Notes: generated from the letters alone by a model not told the origin. Shown: positions 7,608-17,085, counted from the stretch's first letter. The stretch: 60,150 nucleotides of DNA from a bacterium (GCA_021824345.1 JAKAKW010000003.1:1-60150), one strand, 5' to 3'. Made by a program: numbers and translations.

Positions 7608-8990
7608 GTGAAAAAACGAAAGAAACGGAAAGGTTACCTGGCGCTGGTTTTGTCCATTGCCGTACTGTTCGGATTATATCTGCTCATATTTCGGAGTTCG
7701 GTATCGGAGATTTACGCCAAAAGCTCCGAGCTGGCCCGGATTTCTGACATAGCAGGACCTTCCGCCCCTGATCCGGCGTCTCCCTTGGGAGGATACAACG
7801 TGCTCATCGCCGATGAGGGAAACAGCCGGCTGATAGAAGTCACGCCGGAAAAGAAAACAGTGTGGGAATATGATTTTCATTTTCCCAAGGAAGACGTCGG
7901 AGCGGACGACGCTTTTTTTATTGACGGCGGAAAAAATATCAGCGTAAACTTGGAATCATACAATTTGCTGGAAACGATAAATTACGCGGACAAGAAAGTA
8001 GTCTGGAGCTACGGAGTGCCGGGCCGGGCCGGACATACCGCCGGGTATCTGAATACTCCCGATGACGCGTACAAACTGCCCAACGGCGATACCATAGTGG
8101 CGGACATAAAAAACTGCCGGGTTATTGAGATATCTCCGGCAAAAGAAATTGTCCGGCAGTACGGCCATACCAAAGTTTGCGGAACTAGGGACGGATACCT
8201 GGACAGCCCGAACGGCGACACTCCGCTTCCGAACGGCCATATCCTGATCAGCAACATTCAGAGCAAAAACGTGATTGAACTTGATCAGAATTGGGAAAAA
8301 GTTTTTTCCATGCCTTTGCCGGTGAAGTATCCTTCCGATCCTCAAATGACGAAAGCCGGCAATATTCTGGTCGCCGACTACAGCAATCCCGGGAAAATAG
8401 TGGAAGTTTCCAAAAGCGGAAAGGTGGTATGGGAATACACAGGGGAGGGCAACACGCGCCTGGACAGGCCGTCCTTGGCCATTGAGCTTCCGAATGGCAA
8501 CATTCTTGCCAACGACGACTACAACGACAGGGTAATCGTCATCGACAAAAAGACGGACAAAATTATCTGGCAATACGGAACTACCAAAAAGCCCGGCAAC
8601 GGAGAAAACCAGCTGAACGGTCCGGACGGAGTGGACATCATAATGCGCGGTCCGTCCGCGGTTCAAGCGCCCGCGGTTTTGACGCCTCCGACTCCCGCAG
8701 CCGCTCCGCTTTCCATCGGAGCGGTTTCCAGGCACCCTCAGGATTTTTCCGGCAAGGAGGTCGCCGTCAGCGGGTATGTGCTGGCAAAAGAAGGGACGTA
8801 CGATATTTTATCGGACGAGAAAGGAGGAACGATCGGATACTACGATCTGCCGGTGAGCGGTCCGGGCGTTCAAACGATCCAGCCGAAAGTAAAGTATGTT
8901 TTTACCGGAATATTGAAGAAGGGAAGACTTGGTTCACTGACAAAAAATCCGTATCATCTCGAGCTCTCCGCGCCTATTTCTGTTCCTTGA
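7608..8990 (+). CDS. Membrane-anchored beta-propeller (PQQ/NHL/arylsulfotransferase-like) protein
   Basis: N-terminal TM; repeated blades (P.DA..LPNG..L.AD..N.RVIE, VVWEY/IIWQYG); GTG start. Confidence 0.75.
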   Translation: MKKRKKRKGYLALVLSIAVLFGLYLLIFRSSVSEIYAKSSELARISDIAGPSAPDPASPLGGYNVLIADEGNSRLIEVTPEKKTVWEYDFHFPKEDVGADDAFFIDGGKNISVNLESYNLLETINYADKKVVWSYGVPGRAGHTAGYLNTPDDAYKLPNGDTIVADIKNCRVIEISPAKEIVRQYGHTKVCGTRDGYLDSPNGDTPLPNGHILISNIQSKNVIELDQNWEKVFSMPLPVKYPSDPQMTKAGNILVADYSNPGKIVEVSKSGKVVWEYTGEGNTRLDRPSLAIELPNGNILANDDYNDRVIVIDKKTDKIIWQYGTTKKPGNGENQLNGPDGVDIIMRGPSAVQAPAVLTPPTPAAAPLSIGAVSRHPQDFSGKEVAVSGYVLAKEGTYDILSDEKGGTIGYYDLPVSGPGVQTIQPKVKYVFTGILKKGRLGSLTKNPYHLELSAPISVP

Positions 8991-9501
8991 ATTCGGCGAT
9001 AATATCCAATTTCACTTCGTCCGAGGCGATCACTCCGCCTCCTTCCACCGGCGCGTTCCAGGTCAGTCCGTACTCCTTGCGGGAGAGCGATCCGGAAACT
9101 TCAAAGCTGGCCACTCTTACCCCGTCCATGTTCTTTGCGATGCCGTTAAGCGAGGCATTCATGGAAATTTCCTTGGTTACTCCGCGCATGGTGAAATCTC
9201 CGGAAACGGAGTACTCATTTCCGCCTTTCTTCTCTATGCTCTTCGATTTGAAGGAAAGCTCGGGGAACTTGGCCGAGTCAAAGAAATCCGGCGAACGCAG
9301 ATGGTTGTCCCGCATTTCATTGCCCGTGTCGACGCTCGCCGTTTCAGCGGAAAAGGTTATTTCCGCCTTGGTGAAGTCATCCTCGGGCATGAGAATTTCC
9401 CCTTGAAACTTTATAAATTTGCCCCGCACTGTGGAAATCATCAGGTGCTTCACCCGAAAGCCGATTTCCGTATGGGCGGGATCTATGGTCCATTTATTCA
9501 T
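8974..9501 (-). CDS. yceI: YceI family polyisoprenoid-binding protein
   Basis: WTIDPAHTEIGFRVKHLMISTVRGKF and RDNHLRSPDFFD. Confidence 0.95.
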   Translation of the reverse strand: MNKWTIDPAHTEIGFRVKHLMISTVRGKFIKFQGEILMPEDDFTKAEITFSAETASVDTGNEMRDNHLRSPDFFDSAKFPELSFKSKSIEKKGGNEYSVSGDFTMRGVTKEISMNASLNGIAKNMDGVRVASFEVSGSLSRKEYGLTWNAPVEGGGVIASDEVKLDIIAEFKEQK

Positions 9502-9640
9502 GGCTGTTATATATTTAGTAGTAATCCTTATATTATACCAGCCCTGTCAAGCTCGCCCCAGTTTGGCGCTATTGACGGATCGTTTTTTAAATGTGCTACA
9601 ATATAACCAGCGTTATTAATCTAATTTTTTTATAAAAAAT

Positions 9641-10717
9641 ATGCGCACGAAAATACTTTTAGGTTTGCTTTCCGCCGTCATTCTGGCCGTTGCGCCGATG
9701 ATGGCCTCGGCCGCCACTTTTCAGGCGGAGCAGAATTATTCGCTCGGATCTTCCGCCGCGGTTAACGACAATCTTTACGCGGCCGGCGCGGACGTGAACG
9801 TGGCCGGCAAGGTTACGGGAGATCTTTTCACTGCCGGAGCGAATGTGGGCGTTTCCGGTTCCATTGGGCAGGATGCATTGGCCGTCGGGGGCACGGTAAG
9901 CGCCAGCGGTCCGGTTGCCGGCAATCTGCGGGTGGCCGGAGGAAATATTCTCATTTCCAGCGCGGTGGGAGGGGAAACCCTGGCCGCGGGAGGCAGTGTG
10001 AACTATTCCGGAAGCACGGCCAAGAACGCCTACCTGTACGGCGGAAAAGTTTACATCAATGGAACGGTTGACGGGAATCTTGAAGCGGCCGGCAAGGAAG
10101 TCACTCTCGGCCCCAGCGCCGTGATCAGCGGAAATTTCAGCTATTCTTCTCCCGCGGAGGCGGTCATTGAAAAAGGAGCGGTGGTGAAAGGGGAGACGAA
10201 CTTTACCAAGACGGAAGTCGGCCAGGAAGCGTCCCATATGTTCTGGCAATTCGTCACTTTCTCCGCCGTGCTGAAGTTCTTGGCAATCATACTCGGAGCC
10301 CTGATCGCCCTTTACGCCTTCAGGCGCGGAAGTACCGCGGTGGCGGAAAAAGCTTCTTCCGATTTCTGGAGAGAGGCGGGCAGGGGATTCGTCATCATGG
10401 CGGTGCTGTCGGTTTTCGCCGTTGTGTGCTTCATCTCCCTAATCGGCGCTCCGCTCGGAATACTCGCGATCTTTTTGTGCGGAGTGGTATTCCTTTCTTC
10501 CATCTTCCTTTCTCCGCTTGTCTTTGCCCGGCTGTGCATGAAGCACATCTTCAAGAAAGCGGATTATGAAATGAATTGGTGGATGGTGATTCTTTCAGTG
10601 CTGGTTCTGGCCCTGATCGCCCTGATTCCGATAGCAGGATGGATATTCACGGTTCTGCTTTTCCTTGCTTCCTACGGTACATTGGCAACATACCTTTACG
10701 GAAAGCTGAAAGCGTAA
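9641..10717 (+). CDS. Polymer-forming (bactofilin-like) repeat protein with C-terminal TM bundle
   Basis: Signal peptide; repeated V.G.V.GDL..AG beta-helix units; about 5 C-terminal TMs. Confidence 0.8.
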   Translation: MRTKILLGLLSAVILAVAPMMASAATFQAEQNYSLGSSAAVNDNLYAAGADVNVAGKVTGDLFTAGANVGVSGSIGQDALAVGGTVSASGPVAGNLRVAGGNILISSAVGGETLAAGGSVNYSGSTAKNAYLYGGKVYINGTVDGNLEAAGKEVTLGPSAVISGNFSYSSPAEAVIEKGAVVKGETNFTKTEVGQEASHMFWQFVTFSAVLKFLAIILGALIALYAFRRGSTAVAEKASSDFWREAGRGFVIMAVLSVFAVVCFISLIGAPLGILAIFLCGVVFLSSIFLSPLVFARLCMKHIFKKADYEMNWWMVILSVLVLALIALIPIAGWIFTVLLFLASYGTLATYLYGKLKA

Positions 10718-10818
10718 AATACTGGAAAAAGCCTGTAATATTATCGTTCCTGATTCGTAATTATAATAAAGGTCGCAATTATTTATTTCTATCTTTATTA
10801 GTAATAAATCTCAAAGTT

Positions 10819-11298
10819 ATGTCAAAAAAGCTTATATTTTCAATTCTGGCGCCGGCCTTCGTGCTTATCGCGGCGGCGGCCGTGATGCCCGCCTCCGCTT
10901 CGGCCCAGACCTCCTCGCCGTTTCCTCCCGGATGTTCTTCCGGATTGGGTTACAGCGTGACTACCGCCGCGCCCTGCAACGGCACCGGAGCGGCCACTCC
11001 GAAGCCTATGCCCGGGTGTACGACCGCTCTGGGTTTCAGCGTGACCACCGGCCGTGCCTGCAGCGGAACCAATGTGGTGCTGAATAATTATCTGGCAGGC
11101 TGTACTTCAGTGCTCGGATACAGCACTTTTGACGGCGCTCCCTGCAACGGCACCGGCGTGGTTACGCATTACGCGCCGAATACGCCCGGCTTCCCGGTAA
11201 CCGGTTCGGGAGAGAACGCTCCGGCTTACGCGGCGCTCGCCGTTTTGACCGGCCTCATCGCTTTCTTCGGAATACGCCGGCTCGTCAAGCGCGCGTAG
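10819..11298 (+). CDS. Secreted Cys-repeat protein with an xPxTG sorting signal (putative sortase substrate)
   Basis: Signal peptide; three GC-x4-G[YF]S-x6-C repeats; FPVTG then a hydrophobic helix then RRLVKRA. Confidence 0.8.
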   Translation: MSKKLIFSILAPAFVLIAAAAVMPASASAQTSSPFPPGCSSGLGYSVTTAAPCNGTGAATPKPMPGCTTALGFSVTTGRACSGTNVVLNNYLAGCTSVLGYSTFDGAPCNGTGVVTHYAPNTPGFPVTGSGENAPAYAALAVLTGLIAFFGIRRLVKRA

Positions 11299-11328
11299 CC
11301 GAATCTGGCAGACCGGCAAATTTCCATT

Positions 11329-11979
11329 ATGGCTAAAAGGAAGAAAAAAGGAGATATCCTTACGATTCTTATCGTGCTCGTTTCCCTCTGCATCGTCGCC
11401 GTAATTATTATGGACGCATTCTTCTACGCGCCCGCCGGAGAATCAAGCGGAATTTCCCTGCCGGAAAATTTGTCTCGGGGAATGCCCGTTCCGGGAGCGC
11501 GCGGGGAATCGGCGGGGAACAAAATACCGATTTCTCCCTTGGATCCTTCCAGGCTGATCATTCCTTCCATCGGAGTGAACGCCAATGTGCAATACGTGGG
11601 CGTTACCGCCTCCGGCAATATGGGAACCCCGGACAATTTTTCCGACGTGGCATGGTATCGGGACGGAACTCTGCCGGGAAACAGCGGCAACGCGGTGATA
11701 GCCGGACACGTGAACGACGGCTTGGCCCTTCCGGCGGTTTTTTGGAATCTCGGAGAATTGAAGGCCGGCGACGATATCTATGTGCAAAGAGCAAACGGCA
11801 ACATGCTGCATTTCGTGGTGACCGGCTCCGAAACGTTTGCTTATAACGCGAAAACCACCGGAGTGTTTGACGGAGGGAATGAACCGCAGTTGAAGCTCAT
11901 TACCTGCGCCGGCACTTTTCTTTCCTCCATTCACACTCACAATGAGCGCCTGGTGGTGACCGCCCGCCTGGTTTCGTAG
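11329..11979 (+). CDS. Class F sortase
   Basis: N-terminal TM; RLIIPSIGV; catalytic IAGH, LITC and ERLVV. Confidence 0.92.
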   Translation: MAKRKKKGDILTILIVLVSLCIVAVIIMDAFFYAPAGESSGISLPENLSRGMPVPGARGESAGNKIPISPLDPSRLIIPSIGVNANVQYVGVTASGNMGTPDNFSDVAWYRDGTLPGNSGNAVIAGHVNDGLALPAVFWNLGELKAGDDIYVQRANGNMLHFVVTGSETFAYNAKTTGVFDGGNEPQLKLITCAGTFLSSIHTHNERLVVTARLVS

Positions 11980-12082
11980 AAGTCGGAAAGCCGGTTTTTG
12001 CGAATAAAAAACCCGGCGCAAATCGATCCGTTCCGCTTTACGCGAGGCTTTTTTTGCGTTAATATATCAAGCGTGCAAAAGC

Positions 12083-12155
12083 GGGCCATTAGCTCATTTG
12101 GTAGAGCGCGCCCATGGCATGGGCGAGGTGACCGGTTCGATCCCGGTATGGTCCA
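12083..12155 (+). tRNA. tRNA-Ala(GGC)
   Basis: Cloverleaf with G3.U70, A32/U38 and T-loop TTCGATC. Confidence 0.95.
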
Positions 12156-12162
12156 CAAAATC

Positions 12163-13584
12163 ATGGATTCTGTTCAAAGCGCACAGCCTAATAATGAAGG
12201 CGGAAAGAACCTGTATTCGGCCTTGAAGAATCTGATGATCCAGCGGGTGCCGGCTTACGCCAACCGCGTTTTCTATTCCCTCGGATTTCTCTCCATGACT
12301 TCCTTTCTTTTGGTGGTGCTCTCCGGCATGGTGCTGGTGCTTTTCGGTCCCGACTGGTGGCTGACCACCCGCTTCGGGCTCTTTACCCGGAGCATACATT
12401 TATGGGCCACCCAGGCATTTATTGTGTTTATATTGCTACACTTGCTGATAGTCTTCCTTACTTCCGGATACAAAAAGCCCCGCCGGCTCACATGGGTGTT
12501 TGGAGCCCTGATGCTTTTTCTGGCCATGTTTGAAGCGGAGTTCGGATACGGATTGCGCGGGGATTTCTCCTCCCAGTGGCGCACCTTGCAGGCATCTGAT
12601 TTTTACAACGGGTCCGGGCTCGGGCATTTGATAAACAACCTGAACTACGCGCAGATTTACGGCATTCATATTATTTTTATTCCCATTATTCTTCTGGCGC
12701 TTCTTTTTTTGCACTATCTCCTGGTGCGCACCCGCGGAATCGCCAAGCCGTACCGGAAAGATGTGAAATATGAGATGGTGCGGGCGAATCACAAGGTTCT
12801 TTTCTTGCGCGGAACGGTGCTGGCGGGGGCCATTGTCGTTCTTGCTCTCGTTTTTCCTTCTCCGCTCATTTTGCCCACGACCATCAAGGATGTGGCGGAG
12901 CAGTCGCCGGCTCTTACAGCCCGGACAATTATCTCGGAAATCGCCCGCACTTCCGACACCGCCACCTATATGGACAACATTGATCCATACACTTTTGATA
13001 CGAGAAAAATATACGCAGAGAATCCGTACAGCCAGTACATTGCCATAAGCGGGGGAACGAATAGGATGTCCGGCTTTTTGGCGGAAAGCGTTTCCGCGCA
13101 GAATGCGGATATGCAGTCTGCGACTGAATATTTTTCAAGCGGAGGATCGCTCAGTTTTGATCCTAGTGAAAAGAATCCTGTAATTTCCATAGCAAGCGAT
13201 CTGACTAAAATGGCACAAAGCGGACTGTATTCAGCCGCTCTAGAGAGCCAGGAAGGGGAGAACGGATTGAACGGAACATATGTGGACCGATTCCTTTCCG
13301 ACACCGGACTTTTGGAAGCCAAAGCGCAGAACCTTGGCATTACCACTGATCAGTACGGCATGTTGCATGAAGAAAACGGATTCCTGCCCGGCGCCTGGTG
13401 GCTGGCTCCGCTCGGAGTGCTTGATCACACCATTTTGGCCTCCGATCCGAACCAAGACCGGGACGGCGCGGAAATTCTCGGGATCCTCATTCTCTTGCTC
13501 GTAGCATTTCCTTACATTCCGGGACTAAATCGCATACCGGAAAAACTCGGCGTGGAAAAATTCTTCTGGAAGCAACGCCCTTGA
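12163..13584 (+). CDS. Cytochrome b/b6 N-terminal domain protein with a large extracytoplasmic extension
   Basis: Two heme-ligand His pairs (RSIH...LLH, 14 apart; YGIH...FLH, 15 apart); start placed after the tRNA. Confidence 0.85.
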   Translation: MDSVQSAQPNNEGGKNLYSALKNLMIQRVPAYANRVFYSLGFLSMTSFLLVVLSGMVLVLFGPDWWLTTRFGLFTRSIHLWATQAFIVFILLHLLIVFLTSGYKKPRRLTWVFGALMLFLAMFEAEFGYGLRGDFSSQWRTLQASDFYNGSGLGHLINNLNYAQIYGIHIIFIPIILLALLFLHYLLVRTRGIAKPYRKDVKYEMVRANHKVLFLRGTVLAGAIVVLALVFPSPLILPTTIKDVAEQSPALTARTIISEIARTSDTATYMDNIDPYTFDTRKIYAENPYSQYIAISGGTNRMSGFLAESVSAQNADMQSATEYFSSGGSLSFDPSEKNPVISIASDLTKMAQSGLYSAALESQEGENGLNGTYVDRFLSDTGLLEAKAQNLGITTDQYGMLHEENGFLPGAWWLAPLGVLDHTILASDPNQDRDGAEILGILILLLVAFPYIPGLNRIPEKLGVEKFFWKQRP

Positions 13585-13611
13585 TTTAAAAATATAACGT
13601 ACTTCACGATT

Positions 13612-13632
13612 AAGCCGCGAGGGCGGCTTTTT
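13612..13632 (+). terminator. Intrinsic terminator
   Basis: AAGCCGC-GAGG-GCGGCTT followed by TTT. Confidence 0.7.
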
Positions 13633-13706
13633 CGTTTCAATCTTTCATTTTTCCCTCTATTTTGGTATATTAAATCAGCAAAATCGCCGTTTTTAATGAA
13701 ATATTT

Positions 13707-13778
13707 GCGTCTTTAGCTCAGGGGTAGAGCGTTCCGTTCACATCGGAAAGGCCGTAGGTCCGATTCCTACAAGACGCA
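13707..13778 (+). tRNA. tRNA-Val(CAC)
   Basis: Acceptor GCGTCTT/AAGACGC, anticodon stem TTCCG/CGGAA; atypical T-loop TCCGATT. Confidence 0.9.
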
Positions 13779-13916
13779 CAAAGGCGCGAAAAGCAGACGA
13801 ACTGTTTCGTATGCGAGCGCCTTTGTGAGCCGGAGCCATGGCTCTGCCAGCAGGCAGAGCAGGTGAGGCGGGGTCGCGGAATTTTGCGAGCGACGGCGGG
13901 CAAAATATCCGTGACC
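13777..13916 (+). other. Highly structured inter-tRNA spacer element
   Basis: Three hairpins: 13777-87/13817-27, 13841-48/13853-60, 13872-87/13900-16. Confidence 0.6.
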
Positions 13917-13924
13917 AGGGGCGA

Positions 13925-13995
13925 GGGCCTGTAGTATAGTGGTAATACATCGCATTCGCATTGCGGAGACACGAGTCCGATTCTCGTCAGGTCCA
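13925..13995 (+). tRNA. tRNA-Ala(CGC)
   Basis: G3.U70, D-stem GTAT/ATAC, anticodon CGC; atypical T-loop TCCGATT. Confidence 0.88.
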
Positions 13996-14069
13996 CAAAA
14001 TTGTTCACGTCTGCTTTTGCAAGATATGCACATTTCTGAGCGGGGGGAATGGGTATATAATATGTGTTA

Positions 14070-16448
14070 ATGACTTCGTCCGTTCAAATCGATACGGCCA
14101 ACGCGGGCCTGACTAGCCAGGAAGTTGAGCAAAGAATAAAAGAATACGGAAAAAATGAAATTCCGGAAAAAAAGAAGAGTCTCCTTCTGAAGATTTTGAA
14201 GTGGCTCGTTTCGCCCATCGCCCTGATGCTTCTGGCGGCTGCCTTTCTTTCGCTTTGGAGCGGAAAGGTTTTTGATTTTTGGTTCATTCTCTTCCTTTTG
14301 ATTCTGAATTTCGGGGTAAGTTTCTGGCAGGAGCGCAAAGCAGACAATGCCATCAAGAAACTGCAGGAAAGCCTGGCCATAGAGGTGCGCGTCCTGCGCG
14401 ACGGGGCCTGGAAATGGATTGATTCCAGAGTGCTGGTTCCCGGCGACACGGTAGAGCTCATGGTGGGGGATATTATCCCGGCGGACGGAGACCTGACTTC
14501 CGCCGAAAATTTGACCGTGAACGAGGCGGTGCTCACCGGAGAATCCTTGCCCAAGGACAAAGCGATAAAAGACAAAGTATATTCCGGCTCATTTGTGGCG
14601 ACCGGCGGAGGAGCCATGGTTGTGACGGCCACCGGCATAAAAACCAATTTCGGCAAGACCATCACTCTGGTTGAAAAAGTGCGCAAGCGGAGCATTTTGG
14701 AAAAAGACATTCTGACCATTTCAAAATTCCTGACCGCGGTGGCGCTTGCCGGCGTGGCCGTAGTGACAGCCGTCTTTCTCCTGCAGAACGCCCCCTGGCA
14801 GGATATTCTGGTGCTTGATCTTTCCCTGGTGATCGCCGGCATTCCGATCAGTTTGCCCACCGTCATGACTCTCATCATCAGCCTTGGTGCTCTGGAGCTT
14901 GCCCGGAAGAAGACCATAGTGCGCAGGCTTTCCGCTTTGGAAGACTTGGCCAATGTAAACATGCTTCTGACGGACAAGACGGGGACCCTTACCAACAATC
15001 TCATTACCGTGTCCGGCATTATCGGCTACGGCGGATGGGCGGAAAGCAAAGTGGCGTATTACGCTTCCGCCGCCGCGCCGGAAGACACCAAAAGTTCCAT
15101 AGATAAAGCCATTAATCAAAAAGCTTTGGAGCTGGGAATGAAGCGCGATTTCTCCGTGACGGATCTGACTCCGGCCGATTCGGAACGCAAGCGATCCACC
15201 GCGGTCGTTTCTTTCGGAGGAATGAAAACCATCGTTTCCGTCGGCGCCACTCAAGTGATTGAGGGGCTTTGCGACATTGACGGCGATTTGAAAAAGAAAT
15301 ACGAAGCGGACGTGCAGAAAGCGGCCGATCAGGGGTACAGGGTGCTCGGGGTTTCCATGCGGGACAATTCAACAGAGGAAAAAAACATGACCCTGGTCGG
15401 CATCATGATGCTCTCCGATCCGCTTACGGGGGACGCCGCGGAGGTGATAAAGTTCTTGGAAGACAACGGCATCGGAGTGAAGATGCTCACCGGGGACAAT
15501 CTGGCCATTTCCAAGCGCACCGCCCAGGAACTTTCTCTCACCGGCCAAGTCCTGCCCCGCGACCAAGTGGACTGGAAATCCGCCGATCCGGCGTATTTCA
15601 ACAGCATCGGCGCTTTCTCCCAGATTCTGCCCGAAGACAAATTCGACCTTGCCAAACTGGCCCAGAACAACGGCTATATAGTGGCCATGACGGGGGACGG
15701 AGTGAACGACCTCGGAGCTATTAAAGAGGCGAATGTGGGCATCGCGGTGAAAAATGCGGTGGACGCGCTCAAGAGCGCCGCCGATATCGTGCTTCTTTCC
15801 CCCGGCATTACCGTCATTAAAAATGCCCTGATTGAAGCGCGAAAAATTTTCTCCCGTCTTTACAGCTATTCCATTTATCGCATTTCCGAAAGCTTCCGCC
15901 TGATCATCACCATCGTCGTTCTGGGCATCATTTACAAAACATATCCGCTCACTCCCGTCCAGCTGATCTTGATCGCTCTCATGAACGACGTGCCCATCAT
16001 TTCGCTTGCTTTCAATCGGGTGAAAAATTTCAGCCGGCCGGCAAAGATAAAGGTGATGGAGCGGTTCACTCTCGGATCCCTCTACGGCGTGGCGGGCATA
16101 ATGAACAGCTTGATCCTTTTCTTCCTGATGAAAGATGTATTGCATCTGAATTGGGACATCATTCAGACGGTCTTCTTCCTGAAGCTCATGGTGTCCGGCC
16201 ACATGCTTATTTACGTGGCCCATACAAAGGAACGCTGGTACAAGTTCCTGCCGAGCTCTCAAGTGATCTGGGCCACCTCCATCACCCAGGTGATCGCGAG
16301 CCTCATGGCCCTCTTTGGAATATTTATGACAGGCATTCCCATTCTCTACGTGATCCTGGTCTGGATATGGTCTTTCTTCTGGATGCAGATAACCGAGCTG
16401 GTGAAAATCATAGACCAGAAATTCGTGGTGCCGAGATTTGAGAAATGA
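14070..16448 (+). CDS. P3A-type (plasma-membrane proton-efflux) P-type ATPase
   Basis: TGES, DKTGTLT, TGDN, GDGVND; TM4 GIPISLP, TM5 YRISESFR, TM6 LMNDV. Confidence 0.88.
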   Translation: MTSSVQIDTANAGLTSQEVEQRIKEYGKNEIPEKKKSLLLKILKWLVSPIALMLLAAAFLSLWSGKVFDFWFILFLLILNFGVSFWQERKADNAIKKLQESLAIEVRVLRDGAWKWIDSRVLVPGDTVELMVGDIIPADGDLTSAENLTVNEAVLTGESLPKDKAIKDKVYSGSFVATGGGAMVVTATGIKTNFGKTITLVEKVRKRSILEKDILTISKFLTAVALAGVAVVTAVFLLQNAPWQDILVLDLSLVIAGIPISLPTVMTLIISLGALELARKKTIVRRLSALEDLANVNMLLTDKTGTLTNNLITVSGIIGYGGWAESKVAYYASAAAPEDTKSSIDKAINQKALELGMKRDFSVTDLTPADSERKRSTAVVSFGGMKTIVSVGATQVIEGLCDIDGDLKKKYEADVQKAADQGYRVLGVSMRDNSTEEKNMTLVGIMMLSDPLTGDAAEVIKFLEDNGIGVKMLTGDNLAISKRTAQELSLTGQVLPRDQVDWKSADPAYFNSIGAFSQILPEDKFDLAKLAQNNGYIVAMTGDGVNDLGAIKEANVGIAVKNAVDALKSAADIVLLSPGITVIKNALIEARKIFSRLYSYSIYRISESFRLIITIVVLGIIYKTYPLTPVQLILIALMNDVPIISLAFNRVKNFSRPAKIKVMERFTLGSLYGVAGIMNSLILFFLMKDVLHLNWDIIQTVFFLKLMVSGHMLIYVAHTKERWYKFLPSSQVIWATSITQVIASLMALFGIFMTGIPILYVILVWIWSFFWMQITELVKIIDQKFVVPRFEK

Positions 16449-16480
16449 CAACGCCAGCGCGCTGGGATGCGCGCGGGGCG

Positions 16481-16501
16481 GTGGGAGGCCTTGCCTCCCA
16501 C
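16481..16501. repeat. REP-like palindrome family 2, copy 1
   Basis: GTGGGAGGC-CTT-GCCTCCCAC. Confidence 0.8.
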
Positions 16502-16576
16502 TTTTAAAAAACATGGCAAAATAAATTCAGAAAAAAGTCGTTTAGCAATTATCAGTTATTAATATTTTTTACAAGC

Positions 16577-16993
16577 ATGCATAAAAAAACATTGCGGGAA
16601 ATCGCGAAGTTCGCCTCGGGCCTGGTTATGGGGGACTTTCTGTGCGGGCTGTGGCTTTGGACCGGAGGATTCTTGCCCGCTTCCTTCTTCGGCTTCACCT
16701 TTCATACCCAGAACGTAGTCTTTTGGATGGTCTTTGACGTTTTGTTCTTCGCTTTCCTGGTGCACTACGGCTGGCGCAAGCACGATGAGCCGAGAACGGA
16801 ACGCGAAAGGAAATTCCATTTGATTGCCGGCTGGGTTTTTCTGATTGTGGCCATCTTGCACCTTTTGCGGGTGCTCTTCGGAGTGGAACTGATGCTCGGC
16901 CTGTGGGACGTGCCGTATTGGATAAACGGCCTGGCTGCCATCATTACCGCGTTCCTGTCCTACGCGAGCTTCAAGTTGGCAAAGAGGGAATAG
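16577..16993 (+). CDS. Four-TM hypothetical membrane protein
   Basis: Hydrophobic helices; clean ORF. Confidence 0.7.
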   Translation: MHKKTLREIAKFASGLVMGDFLCGLWLWTGGFLPASFFGFTFHTQNVVFWMVFDVLFFAFLVHYGWRKHDEPRTERERKFHLIAGWVFLIVAILHLLRVLFGVELMLGLWDVPYWINGLAAIITAFLSYASFKLAKRE

Positions 16994-17085
16994 GGTTCGG
17001 AGAAAGTTCTGATTGGCTCAGATTCAGACGCCTGCTTGACAAATTGTGCTAAAGTGGCATAATAGTGTCAAAATAGGAGGGCAAA

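Noticed and set aside
11998-12162. N-terminal extension of the 528-aa cytochrome b ORF
   Set aside because: It runs through a terminator-like region and a complete tRNA-Ala(GGC); the real start is at about 12163.
16994-17002. GGTTCGGAG as a third copy of the 26-bp repeat
   Set aside because: A 9-nt match is expected by chance in 60 kb, and the left arm is absent.
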